A stretch of 64,000 nucleotides of DNA from a virus, in UHGV virus genome UHGV-0279745; one strand, given 5' to 3'. Made by a program: the position numbers and the translations under genes. This document shows, one piece after another, positions 28,001 to 37,078 of this stretch. The notes under the pieces are model-generated. The model had not been told where the DNA came from, did not search any database, and worked only from the letters and a program-made list of their open reading frames with translations. Each line of letters begins with the position of its first letter. The first letter of the stretch is position 1.

Positions 28001-29417
28001 CCGATTCACGAAGCAGTTTTTTCTGTGCGGTTAACGTTGCTTGTGTTGGGTACTTAGCATTAACGTAATCCGTTAACTGCTGTTTCGTTTTCCCGTAAGC
28101 TAACGCGGCATCCGACGCAATACCATTCAGTTCTAACGCACGGATCGGACCCCACGTATCGGTGTGCGGGTTGTCCTTACGTGTAACGTGTTCGTGTGCA
28201 GGCGCGTTACGATACAGCTGCTCAACTAACTGATGGTATTTAACTATTAACTGGTAAACATCGTTATCGACGTCAGGTTCTGGTGCGCCGGGTAAAGAAC
28301 GAATTTGAATATAATCGTTTTCGGCCGCATACCAGTTTAGATTAATGTTCGTTTTAAACTTCAACCATTTAGCAACATCCGTTTTCGAATACCCTGCCGA
28401 GAACTCATCAGGCGGCGTATCGACATTGAATGTGTAATCCATGGTCTGTTTATTTGTTTTTACTACGATGACGTAAACACCGTTTCCGGGTTGACGGGTT
28501 ACACTAAAATCGATATCGTTTTTTAACTCATCGTCAGTTAAACCGTTGATTAACGTATAATCGTAGTTTGTTGAACCGCTACCAATAGCGACCGTTAAGA
28601 CCAGTGAGATTTTGCGCTGTTTTAGCTGCAACCGTAGAATGCTTGCCCCGCCGTTAGCATAACAGAGCATCCAATCGATCTGTTCGTTTGGATTCAATTT
28701 CGTCATGTCTGGCAGAATAGCAGGAATTCTGTGTTTCACTGACAGGGCGTAGTCGTTAAAGGTTGCAGTTTTATAACTCAAGCTATAACGATGACGGGTA
28801 GTGTTGTAGGTGAAGCCACCTTTATTGTCGTATACGGCATACTGCTCGGAAGTGATAACCTTGCTATTAGCACGGTATTCTAAATCCAGGGTATTACGCG
28901 CGATGGGGTTAAGCCGACTCACGACTTCCCCTAACGAATCGCCTAATCCAGCAATAGCCTGCATTAATTCCAGTTCACCTTTCCAATTCTCCCAATCGAA
29001 CTGGATATCGACCGGCGGAAAGTAAACGTCCCCGATGACGGTGTCCCACTGACACGCAGACGGGTATTTATCTTTATTGAGTTCGCGTTCTGCGGTAATC
29101 TGTTGTTGGGTAGCCTGACCACAACCAACGGCGTGGTAATCTACCGTGAAATTCGATTTGTATTTGTCGTTAACAATCCAAATCATCCCGTGAATGAGAT
29201 AGGCTGTGCGCAACATACCGGTCTCGTACGGGTGTGTAATAACGTAATCGTCGCCTAAGGTCAGTGTTTTGCCGCCGCTCTTGACCACCAGGGATGTGGT
29301 GAAAAAAGGGGCGTGGGCAGGTACCAACATTCGGTATTTCGTACCAATGACGGCGACCGCTTCACCGGTTATTTTATTCCCCGGTTTTTTGAAGTGTGGG
29401 TCTAGGACGACAGCCAT
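25095..29417 (-). CDS. long tail fibre protein (1440 aa)
   Basis: AGGAG RBS; N-terminal AHAPFF...GDDYVI domain. Confidence 0.85.
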   Translation of the reverse strand: MAVVLDPHFKKPGNKITGEAVAVIGTKYRMLVPAHAPFFTTSLVVKSGGKTLTLGDDYVITHPYETGMLRTAYLIHGMIWIVNDKYKSNFTVDYHAVGCGQATQQQITAERELNKDKYPSACQWDTVIGDVYFPPVDIQFDWENWKGELELMQAIAGLGDSLGEVVSRLNPIARNTLDLEYRANSKVITSEQYAVYDNKGGFTYNTTRHRYSLSYKTATFNDYALSVKHRIPAILPDMTKLNPNEQIDWMLCYANGGASILRLQLKQRKISLVLTVAIGSGSTNYDYTLINGLTDDELKNDIDFSVTRQPGNGVYVIVVKTNKQTMDYTFNVDTPPDEFSAGYSKTDVAKWLKFKTNINLNWYAAENDYIQIRSLPGAPEPDVDNDVYQLIVKYHQLVEQLYRNAPAHEHVTRKDNPHTDTWGPIRALELNGIASDAALAYGKTKQQLTDYVNAKYPTQATLTAQKKLLRESASKNVNGTITTLPGFTSFTTEVDPVSMSKYVSPYFSESYVSSGHRYHGALRYTGAKSGFSANFNAVPANLQDIDFIVTGRKTASGNEAVGRVGLRFYENPGSNSGKYVEISGEVWSGTLTIELALHGYGSPVPAVRYISQAPNPAIPDGDFALRFQLKRTGNVFDVVITVNSKTYSGRINFNNMDAALEALENQHHFKSLINNVADAVTISSQNKGNTVTIKKAPDVVDETRLGAQFVVDPKSIKFIGQGSTDVNVGNNPVTFQAGTNQLVLYPDDRGLLWRGKKLLDPTTVAPYLPGNTAGGTGLFYANSTTTVTITGSGIKASPFVATFILPTATDTTALAAWQLTDEFGTAENLAATPALIKKLDAEFTGKLVAVKSYINDMQLTSSVTIDKITFGLGNVANTPDVDLPISTAQRAELDKYSPKVHQHPFTAFGTGNATTAQRGLIKFGLDVDDATLALDGSVVMAQTSQIEKLERAVGGVDSEARLDIIRFGESGNDLIDLTVKDKILVTLPASTYFIGGETYDVPLMTINVSERFPKLNTEIYAGIFVDIVDNKAKYIVHDSYSQAETDTMTRVGLIGVNDISEVFVTEMRNVTRLGDFRELKDHKADDNAHIQRSASRAALGLANLTVGAPCWASGLQAVVRGEADWRYVAGGQYKALDGVKYDQLASKWIFDAKGVSDNLHGFIHNMFPAFKNAGMRVSWETESNAKTGTVLETVLGCWKNTDGEFMRLSLLITRGYRLTDSNGEYCYAGFGLNFGSGKSVVLGFTPTKRVTPAPWNTLQPDVTFTHTRAANNAITFNATLTLAGTTYTIVVFLSATDKYVSCTAAGGATQKIPLTDRLTGFNIAPIVNDPYTPIYYGLGGLYEDEVRANIRSTADSATANKVYGTLLDYISNYSSLNRVRVMELTGVSSDPETLNALVATEFNNNLADYAALPIPPYLNKERVMSFIDTNNKVQAVIIRD

Positions 29418-29485
29418 TCTCTACTCCTATAGTCCGTGGGCGTCGAAGTTCATACTATGACTTGAATCTATAGAGGAAAAGAGCT

Positions 29486-30748
29486 GTGACTACTGCTTAT
29501 CAAGTGCGGCCCGACAGCGCTTTTGGCTTCTCTCGAGAGTCCCGTACCTGGGGAGCCATCGATGTCACGCAACCCTTAAATACGTTGTGTTCAGACTACC
29601 ACACCTTTGAGATCGGTTTAAGTGCACTTGGTAAAGACTATACGTTAGTCAGCCAATACCATCTTGCCGAACTACAAAACCGAACAGACACTTTACAAGA
29701 TTGGTTAAATGAAAAAGCCGGAAACGTCATCCCTACTCTAAAAGCCGGATTGCCGAAACTCGAATTCGGTTGGGCACATTACCAATCGATTAATGCCGAC
29801 GTACCCGTTGAAACATATCTGTGTCCGTCTGGGTACCACCACAGTCAAGATTTCAGCTTAGATGATGCTGATGACGTTGTCATCGTTTGTGAGGACAAGT
29901 GGAAGGACAAATACCGTAATAGTGTACTGTACAACATTAACGGTCAATGGGTACCGCACCAGACAGATACCGTAGGTGTCCGATTACCCGGGGCCGGTAA
30001 AATCGTACGGAGAGCCTGTACGCCAGATATCGGCTGTATGGTTTTTGGTCAGTTAGGGAATGTTAAAACTTACCCCATTGCCAACCTTACCCTAAACAAG
30101 CTCGACACTACACGTGACTATTACTCCACGTTAATGATTTCGCTACCTGAGTCTATTACGGGAAAAACGGTGGGTTTCGTCATCGGTGGACTGTTACGTT
30201 GGTTACCTCCTGGCGGTTATTTCTCCGACCGTGCGATCATGATTTCTTTACCGAATTTTGATCTTGCGCGGACCGTTCTGGAAACCCGTCGCTATTACGA
30301 CTGGGACGCCATCGGTGTAGGGGATTTATCAACGCCTACTAATGTCCAACGCATTCGCAACCCCGAAACATTAAAGGCGCTTTTACTCCACGAGTCTTCG
30401 TTTATCTTTACGGTAGATAATCCGTATTTAGAAGAAGAGGTTGTGGGTGTATCGCATAACGCAGTTTGGGGACGTTGTTATCTCAAGGACCCTAGCGATC
30501 CTGATTCTGAAAAACCATTAGGGTACTTAAATAATCGCTTCGGAAAGACGGTGGGCTATTGGCCTACATGGGAGGAGGGTGAGTGGGTATTTAACACCAC
30601 CGAATTCGACAGTCAAAACTACGTCTTTCGTGAAGCCCGGTGGTATAATCAGAAGAAGATTAACGACGCGCAAGCAATCGTCGGTCCATTCGGTCCCTGG
30701 GAAAAAGTGTATTTAGAAATGCATCGCTTTAGAGCACGAAAAAAATAA
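29486..30748 (+). CDS. hypothetical protein (420 aa), divergent from tail-fibre block
   Basis: GTG start with AGAGGAAAAGAG RBS; terminator downstream. Confidence 0.7.
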   Translation: MTTAYQVRPDSAFGFSRESRTWGAIDVTQPLNTLCSDYHTFEIGLSALGKDYTLVSQYHLAELQNRTDTLQDWLNEKAGNVIPTLKAGLPKLEFGWAHYQSINADVPVETYLCPSGYHHSQDFSLDDADDVVIVCEDKWKDKYRNSVLYNINGQWVPHQTDTVGVRLPGAGKIVRRACTPDIGCMVFGQLGNVKTYPIANLTLNKLDTTRDYYSTLMISLPESITGKTVGFVIGGLLRWLPPGGYFSDRAIMISLPNFDLARTVLETRRYYDWDAIGVGDLSTPTNVQRIRNPETLKALLLHESSFIFTVDNPYLEEEVVGVSHNAVWGRCYLKDPSDPDSEKPLGYLNNRFGKTVGYWPTWEEGEWVFNTTEFDSQNYVFREARWYNQKKINDAQAIVGPFGPWEKVYLEMHRFRARKK

Positions 30749-30754
30749 AGTAAC

Positions 30755-30796
30755 CTCCTACCCTCTAAGAGGGTAGGAGTAGCACGTTTTTTTTTC
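30755..30796. terminator. bidirectional terminator
   Basis: ctcctaccctc-taa-gagggtaggag flanked by A-run and T-run; between convergent genes. Confidence 0.7.
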
Positions 30797-30798
30797 GC

Positions 30799-31008
30799 TT
30801 AGTCTTTTTTGTAGACAATTGCGTTACCGTGCAGTTTGTTGTTGCCGGAAATACCGATAACTTTGAATGCGTCGCCGCCAATTTTTTCAGCTTCAGCAGC
30901 CAGCTTACCCGTTACATGATCAACGGTGTCGCCGAAAGCGCTAACGTTACCGATTTTCTTAAACTCTTCTGGAATATGCTCAGCAGAAGAGAACTCTTTA
31001 ATAGACAT
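30799..31008 (-). CDS. small hypothetical protein (69 aa)
   Basis: ATG with GGAGAG RBS; isolated by hairpins on both sides. Confidence 0.6.
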   Translation of the reverse strand: MSIKEFSSAEHIPEEFKKIGNVSAFGDTVDHVTGKLAAEAEKIGGDAFKVIGISGNNKLHGNAIVYKKD

Positions 31009-31214
31009 AACAGCTCTCCATTTCAAAAGGAAGGTGGTCTAAGACCGACGTGTGTTACAACCGAAGCATAAGATAGCTCCTCCCCGTAGGGAGGAGTAGA
31101 GTGCGCGAAAAAAGTGGCCTGCTTAACTAAACGATGGGTTTAAGAAAAGTGTTGATAAAAAGCTTTACCAACGTCAGGTCACAATATATAAACACAACGT
31201 AAGAAAAAGGGGAA

Positions 31215-32180
31215 TTATTGCGGAGGTGATGTCGGACCATGTTTACCTTGGTGAATGTGAACGCTAAAGGTAATACCGGAAATAATGGCATCTTTAACCG
31301 TAAAGACACCCACACCTTCACCCGTACCACCGTATTTGAAGTTCTTAGCGATTTCCAAATTACCGGTGAACATCGCTTCCTTCCCTTCTTGTTTAAAGTT
31401 CGGCGTTTTGAACGTTGTCGAACTGCCCGCTTCTGTTAACCAGGTTTGTGTTTTAAACGTAACGGAATTCGCTGCTTCCGTATTGCGGACTTCGCATTTT
31501 TCATTAATCGTTTTCGTTTCCAGGTTAATAGAACGCTTTGAATAAATGAACGCATCTTCTTTGTTGATGTTCACTTTTGAAAGCATCGCATTCTCAAACC
31601 CGAGATCATCTTCAACCGAGTTAATGTAATACTTATTCCCTTTGTGGTCAACACACTGCCACGTGCCATTTGCATTATCAAACTGAAATAACCACGCCGC
31701 TTTCTCACCGTTCACCATACTTGTTCTTAGCGTGATATGTTTGTCAATCGTCGAGATATTCAACACATACGCATTGGACAGGTCATCCGCCATCTGGTTT
31801 TCAGAATCAGCAGACCACGCGTAAACCGCATCCTCTAATCGCTTAACGTTAGCAAAGTTCAGATCAATCCAAAAATAAATATCGGTTTTCCCCAAACGTA
31901 ACAAGATAACGTAATCTTCTCGTTTAACGTCAGGGGAATTAATTCGGTTGGAGTTAAACTTCCACCACTTTGCTGTTATCGTGTTACCCGTCTTAATGGT
32001 TAGGTTATCTGTTGCACCAGATGTTTCATGTGTCTTTTCAGTTGCTGAAGAAACAGATTGCACCACAGTAGGGTTAGCAAAGTTGGTTTCAATTGGTATC
32101 ACTTTTACCCGATCTGTACCACGGGGTTTGTCTTCCGCGACGATACCAATTGAGAAAAAATCAACACTGGATTTCTCCAT
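31215..32180 (-). CDS. hypothetical protein (321 aa), possibly virion-associated
   Basis: AAGGAA RBS; beta-rich composition with C-terminal HIHQGKHG motif. Confidence 0.7.
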   Translation of the reverse strand: MEKSSVDFFSIGIVAEDKPRGTDRVKVIPIETNFANPTVVQSVSSATEKTHETSGATDNLTIKTGNTITAKWWKFNSNRINSPDVKREDYVILLRLGKTDIYFWIDLNFANVKRLEDAVYAWSADSENQMADDLSNAYVLNISTIDKHITLRTSMVNGEKAAWLFQFDNANGTWQCVDHKGNKYYINSVEDDLGFENAMLSKVNINKEDAFIYSKRSINLETKTINEKCEVRNTEAANSVTFKTQTWLTEAGSSTTFKTPNFKQEGKEAMFTGNLEIAKNFKYGGTGEGVGVFTVKDAIISGITFSVHIHQGKHGPTSPPQ

Positions 32181-32200
32181 CGGGACGTTCCTTAGATCGG

Positions 32201-32260
32201 AATTGATTTCAGATATATATTACTTAAGTGAATAGGGGCTGAACTGGCACTTCAGCCCCT
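32201..32260 (+). promoter_or_regulatory. third copy of the promoter-like core motif (atttcagatatatattactta) followed by 10-bp-stem hairpin (32234-32260)
   Basis: Shares core with the elements at 335 and 36581; hairpin aggggctgaa/ttcagcccct. Confidence 0.45.
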
Positions 32261-32313
32261 ACGGACACGTTTCATTCGAAACGGATTGATTAAACCATTT
32301 GGGGAGACAGATC

Positions 32314-32457
32314 ATGTCTACTAAAAAGAAAGAAAGTCTCAATGAGCTGCTCAAACGGCTTAAAGACTACACTCCATTTAGTACCTGTTATCGGAAGGTA
32401 CTAAAATTTTACAGTCTGCCCCTTTATTCTGCTACTCGGGATACCGGTAGGGGGTAG
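32314..32457 (+). CDS. small basic ORF (47 aa), not in ORF track
   Basis: GGGGAGA RBS 6 nt upstream of ATG; downstream of promoter-like element. Confidence 0.3.
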   Translation: MSTKKKESLNELLKRLKDYTPFSTCYRKVLKFYSLPLYSATRDTGRG

Positions 32458-32601
32458 GGGGCATTATGTATACGGATATAAATAGCGGAGGTATACGTAG
32501 TATACCGACATACTCTTCCCAGAGGAACGTAGTGACTTCCTTATACCTCTTTTACAATCCATAATAATAGACTCCCCTTTATTGAGATTAGCGAGTAAAT
32601 C

Positions 32602-33336
32602 ATGAGAGAATTATTAGACGATATCTTTACTAACACCAATTTAGAACTTTCTTCTACGGTGGTTAATGAACTAATAGGGCAATCCCAACCTGCTAAGTTA
32701 GTCTCTGCTGAAACAATTAAACCCGAAGATTATCCAGACAGTGACGTTATCGACAGCATGGTTGACGAATACACGATAAGCAGTCACGCCAACCGGTTCT
32801 TCTTTGTTCTTAATACCGAAACCAGCGTCATTTTATTCTATAAATTGATCAGTGACGCCGAACTTGAAGTCGTAGCGGAACATGTTCGCCTCATTGCCAG
32901 CACGCCTACCGTTTCCGATGTTACGTTTATTGGAGGAAGCAGTATGCTGACGCTATACTCTTACTTCCCACTGTTTAGACATGGGGTAGGGTTAATCAAG
33001 CATGTAGAAAACCTTCCCACTGATGTAGAATTAACGTTGCTCGGCCGGGACATCAGTCTTTATCCCTTAAAAGATAACGGTAAGTTATACGGTTTACGTA
33101 TCTATGTTTCTTGGTTAGAGGGATACCGCGTTATTGAACTGATTGCATCAGGCTTAACAAAACAAATCCCAGAGGCGGAAACGATTTCTAAAGCCACTCA
33201 CCTAGTTGAGATTAATCCAGACGATCCGTTTTTACAGTATCACACAGAAAATTCCCTTCGTGGTGTCGCTGCCGTAAAAGGGTGGAGTTGTGCTGAGATT
33301 ACGAAGGGCTATCTGCTGCTAATTAAAACCGCGTAA
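32602..33336 (+). CDS. hypothetical protein (244 aa), member of the GW...QLLF C-terminal motif family
   Basis: C-terminus VKGWSCAEITKGYLLLI; N-terminal LDDIF shared with 35166 gene. Confidence 0.7.
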   Translation: MRELLDDIFTNTNLELSSTVVNELIGQSQPAKLVSAETIKPEDYPDSDVIDSMVDEYTISSHANRFFFVLNTETSVILFYKLISDAELEVVAEHVRLIASTPTVSDVTFIGGSSMLTLYSYFPLFRHGVGLIKHVENLPTDVELTLLGRDISLYPLKDNGKLYGLRIYVSWLEGYRVIELIASGLTKQIPEAETISKATHLVEINPDDPFLQYHTENSLRGVAAVKGWSCAEITKGYLLLIKTA

Positions 33337-33362
33337 GTAAAAACCTAAAAGGAGAATATATC

Positions 33363-33917
33363 ATGTATCTGACTAAACTGAAAAATGAAATTATCCAATC
33401 CCTTGAAAAAGGTGTAGGTGAACATTTCTTTAACTGTCCCTATACCGTACTGACCAATACCATTATTCAGCCAGGTGCGATGATAGTAGGGGTGAGTGTA
33501 CAAGCTGTGGAGGAAACCCCGCTGCGTCGCAACATCACGCGTAAAACGCATATCCCATTTAGAACGGGCTTTACAGATTACCTTCAGAGCTTACTGAAAG
33601 ATAGCGTTTGGAAAACAGGCAGCTTCTTCCACGATGGGAAGACTTCCACGCTGGTTTATAAAGAGAACACCAAGTATCTGGTTGATTTTCTCTTAGCGCG
33701 TCAATACGATTTCTTTCCATCCCCTTCTGGCACCACCCCTGATAATCCAGGTAAGTTATTAAACCAAGACGAAGCCGAAGCACTCTTTACAAGACTTCGG
33801 AATGAGCACTGCGATGTTGATGACTGGGAAACGTTGATCGCTGTCGCCAAAGTACATGGTTGGTATACTGTACGTAAAATCGGTCAGCAGTTGTTGTTCT
33901 TAGCTTACCCTGCTTAA
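33363..33917 (+). CDS. hypothetical protein (184 aa), GW...QLLF family
   Basis: AAGGAGA RBS; C-terminus HGWYTVRKIGQQLLFLAYPA. Confidence 0.7.
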   Translation: MYLTKLKNEIIQSLEKGVGEHFFNCPYTVLTNTIIQPGAMIVGVSVQAVEETPLRRNITRKTHIPFRTGFTDYLQSLLKDSVWKTGSFFHDGKTSTLVYKENTKYLVDFLLARQYDFFPSPSGTTPDNPGKLLNQDEAEALFTRLRNEHCDVDDWETLIAVAKVHGWYTVRKIGQQLLFLAYPA

Positions 33918-33946
33918 GTAACGAAAAACCCTAAAGGAGAGTAAAA

Positions 33947-35098
33947 ATGCGAAATATTATTTCTAAGCCAGGACATGCCAAGATCCTAAAAGAACTGATG
34001 GACAGATGCTATAATCGGACTTGGTCACTACCAAGCTTAACCATCGAGTCTTCATTACAACGTGAGTTGTTTGGTTATAACTTGGGCTGTTGTGTACTTA
34101 GTGAATACAACCAGGTTATCGCGCCTGTCGATGTCTGTACTTCCGATGAAGAAATTGAAGGTTACCAGTTCACAGCTTACACAAATTGTGGACTAAATTA
34201 CCGTAAACTCGTTGTTAGGGAAATGAGTAGCAACCGGAAGATTATGTTTAAGGTCTTCCCAAGTGGTAAAGTCAGTAATTTATGTTTTCAGCTTGAGAAA
34301 GTGCCCTTTCACGGTGCAGCCATTTTAACTAAACCAGAACTCCTGTTATTAAGCGGGTTAATTGGCTTTGAAGTAAAAACCATCAAAGTTGAGCAGGAAC
34401 TTACACGAAACGATTTCGGCTCAACTTGGTACGAAAGTTTCTTCCGCTACGAAATGTTAAGTGATAAAGCTATCAAACTCACTTACCGTTCTACCGACGA
34501 CATCGTTTACCACATTTTAATTAGCGGCGAACCCCACCAGATTATTGAAGTCGGAGGAGAAAAATCCGTGCGTACCTTAAAAGATGAATTAACTGATTTT
34601 GTTAACAAAATTGATAACGTGGGTATCAGTGAATTATTGTTCCCGATTCAACATCCAGAGCTGCTTGACGAGAAATCTGAAAACGTGGTTATGGGTGTGC
34701 ATTTACTTCCTGACCATCTTGCTATCTACCGTACACTTTCTAAGAATCAACTTAAAGTGTGGTGCCTGTTAAAAGACCTTTTAACAGAGGCGGGGTGGTC
34801 GTGTAGTGTAGATGTTAACTGTGAAGGAGTTGCGTTCTTCATCACAATAGGCAATCGTAGTTTTTCTGTCGATTTACCTACTCGCAGCTATTACAATTTC
34901 TTCCCGACCGCAGAAGGACGTACTGAAAAAGAACCCGCATTACTGCTCAGTGCTGAGGAGTCCAATGCGTTAATGGCGAAACTAAAGGCGAAAGACGAGA
35001 AGCTGGATGCTTTACATCTACCTATAATCGGGAAAGACTACGGTTGGGCTGACGTGCAAAAATACGGCAGTCAGCTGTTGTTTGTTGCTGACCTTTAA
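33947..35098 (+). CDS. hypothetical protein (383 aa), GW...QLLF family
   Basis: AAGGAGAG RBS; C-terminus YGWADVQKYGSQLLFVADL. Confidence 0.7.
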   Translation: MRNIISKPGHAKILKELMDRCYNRTWSLPSLTIESSLQRELFGYNLGCCVLSEYNQVIAPVDVCTSDEEIEGYQFTAYTNCGLNYRKLVVREMSSNRKIMFKVFPSGKVSNLCFQLEKVPFHGAAILTKPELLLLSGLIGFEVKTIKVEQELTRNDFGSTWYESFFRYEMLSDKAIKLTYRSTDDIVYHILISGEPHQIIEVGGEKSVRTLKDELTDFVNKIDNVGISELLFPIQHPELLDEKSENVVMGVHLLPDHLAIYRTLSKNQLKVWCLLKDLLTEAGWSCSVDVNCEGVAFFITIGNRSFSVDLPTRSYYNFFPTAEGRTEKEPALLLSAEESNALMAKLKAKDEKLDALHLPIIGKDYGWADVQKYGSQLLFVADL

Positions 35099-35165
35099 TA
35101 AGTGAAACTACACTTTCTCTAACTGCCGCGCTTTAGTCGCGGCTTTTGTTAAGAAGGAAATAGAA

Positions 35166-35939
35166 ATGAAAGTCCATTTAGACGACATCTTTAAAACCGA
35201 ACCGTATATGATCGAAGGTTCGCTAACATCACTACTATTTGCCGATAGATTAGATCGTACGCTGCAATTACAATCGGTCGAATCTGCACCCGTTGATGAT
35301 GTAGAGCGTTACGAGCGCATCAATCATACGCGGGGTGAGTATCGTCGCTATAAGCCAAATTCACTAAGCATCAAGCTCTGGCAAGTGAGCACAGGTAAAG
35401 TATTAACTTATCGCGCTGTCGGTAGTTATTACATTCAACAAGCCAAAGAATGGCTAGAGAAAGTTAAAGAACTGAACTTCGATCTACTGAGCAAAAAACT
35501 GCGCGATCATAACGCCAGTTTGCCGATACGTAATTATTTCTCCACGATTGAAAATAGTCGATGCTTCGTTTCACGTGAAACCACGATATTACCTGGGGCT
35601 GATGTTCAGACGACACTAAAAGATGTGGTTGTGAAGAAAATCTTTCATGAATCTGAACACGTTGGATTTCGTATCTATTTAACGCACAAGAGACCATTTA
35701 CCGTGATTCACGTTGTTACCGCACCCGAAGGCTCAGCGGTTATTCGAGAACTTCCTGATGCTCGAGACCGTTGCCCTAATGAGCCGCTTTATTTAATGTC
35801 AGGAACAAAATCAACCGCGTTGATGTCCCGTTACAGCATGTTAGATGTTGTTGACGCTGCTATGAAACTGGGTTGGAAAGAAGTGCAGCAACATGGTAAA
35901 CAATTGCTGTTTATTGCCGATGTAAAACTTAATCAATAG
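35166..35939 (+). CDS. hypothetical protein (257 aa), GW...QLLF family
   Basis: AAGGAAA RBS; C-terminus LGWKEVQQHGKQLLFIADV. Confidence 0.7.
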   Translation: MKVHLDDIFKTEPYMIEGSLTSLLFADRLDRTLQLQSVESAPVDDVERYERINHTRGEYRRYKPNSLSIKLWQVSTGKVLTYRAVGSYYIQQAKEWLEKVKELNFDLLSKKLRDHNASLPIRNYFSTIENSRCFVSRETTILPGADVQTTLKDVVVKKIFHESEHVGFRIYLTHKRPFTVIHVVTAPEGSAVIRELPDARDRCPNEPLYLMSGTKSTALMSRYSMLDVVDAAMKLGWKEVQQHGKQLLFIADVKLNQ

Positions 35940-35951
35940 TGAGGTGGTACC

Positions 35952-36530
35952 GTGTACCGATTAATAGAAATGCGAAAAGACGTTTGGTTGGAAAACCTCG
36001 TCGATGGGGAGCTTGAGGGAATAGAGCTTTCCTTACCAGAAAGAGCGGACACGGTATTGGTCTTTCTGATAAAACAGGCAGCGAAGGAACCGGTAGGAAT
36101 CTTCAGCGTGGACTATAAAGACCCACGAGGGATTCATTTACGGAACATTTGCAGTGGTTTGGAAAGCTTACCGGCTAATCCGTTCTTAAACTACGCAAAA
36201 CGTAAACTCCAGCCAGGGCAACATCTCTGGGTAGTTCTAGCGCCTGATACACGCATTATACGTGACGACCTGACTGCGTTTGTCCAAGCAACGAAAGTCA
36301 GTTTGTACAATCCTAATGCGGATCGTACCGATATGCCGTTTACAATCACCTTAGAAGACGATGGAACGCAAGAGGGTATTGAGGCAATTACGGAATTAGT
36401 AAACTCTTATCCGGTAGCGTCTATTGAGTTAGAAAACCCAAACCGATTACCGTTGGGTGATTTACTCGAATGGATTGAGCTGAATACCGAGTTCCTCATT
36501 AACTCCCGGCAGTACCGGTTCGATGTATAA
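35952..36530 (+). CDS. hypothetical protein (192 aa)
   Basis: GTG start with GAGGTGG RBS; terminator downstream. Confidence 0.6.
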   Translation: MYRLIEMRKDVWLENLVDGELEGIELSLPERADTVLVFLIKQAAKEPVGIFSVDYKDPRGIHLRNICSGLESLPANPFLNYAKRKLQPGQHLWVVLAPDTRIIRDDLTAFVQATKVSLYNPNADRTDMPFTITLEDDGTQEGIEAITELVNSYPVASIELENPNRLPLGDLLEWIELNTEFLINSRQYRFDV

Positions 36531-36534
36531 CATC

Positions 36535-36567
36535 GGTGGGGGTAAACCCCCCACCTTTTATTTTTTT
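36535..36567 (+). terminator. rho-independent terminator
   Basis: ggtggggg-taaa-cccccacc followed by T-run. Confidence 0.7.
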
Positions 36568-36580
36568 GTTCGTTAATATT

Positions 36581-36631
36581 AAAAATAATTTCAGATATAT
36601 ATTACCTAGGTGAGAGTACAAAAGCTCTCAC
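36581..36631 (+). promoter_or_regulatory. second copy of promoter-like motif plus gtgagag/ctctcac hairpin
   Basis: About 95 percent identical to 335-410 over ~75 bp. Confidence 0.5.
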
Positions 36632-36660
36632 TTAATAAAACCATTTTAGGAGTATTAAAG

Positions 36661-37032
36661 ATGAAAAACGAATTATTTAAAGACCCGTTTGTTGTATTAA
36701 TGATCGTTACTCGCGCTGCCACTAACCCAGAAAACCTGAAACGTTTACTTACTAACGAAGCATACCTTATCGAACAGCGTGACGCGCAGTTAGCCAAACC
36801 GCACGCTGAAGGCCAGGCGAAAGACCTTATCTCTATTTTCCGTAACGAAGAATGGCGTAAAAACAACGAGCTGTCCGACAACTTGACGGTTGCAATTGCA
36901 AAACTCTTGACACTGTTCAATCTCGACAAAGACATTAACCAAAGCCTTTCTACAGAAGAACGTCTGGAAATGATAAGAGGTATCGGAGATAGTTATACAC
37001 AGATTAAAGCATTCCCCAACACAGTTATTTAA
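36661..37032 (+). CDS. hypothetical protein (123 aa)
   Basis: ATG after conserved leader ttttaggagtattaaag. Confidence 0.7.
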   Translation: MKNELFKDPFVVLMIVTRAATNPENLKRLLTNEAYLIEQRDAQLAKPHAEGQAKDLISIFRNEEWRKNNELSDNLTVAIAKLLTLFNLDKDINQSLSTEERLEMIRGIGDSYTQIKAFPNTVI

Positions 37033-37078
37033 TTTCATAATTTGTGGGAATTTCCCCATAACCCGAAGGAGCATTTCA

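Noticed and set aside
31077-31096. Hairpin ctcctcc-ccgtag-ggaggag as a terminator
   Set aside because: The T/A-runs are not positioned as expected for a clean intrinsic terminator on either strand; may still be an RNA-stability element.
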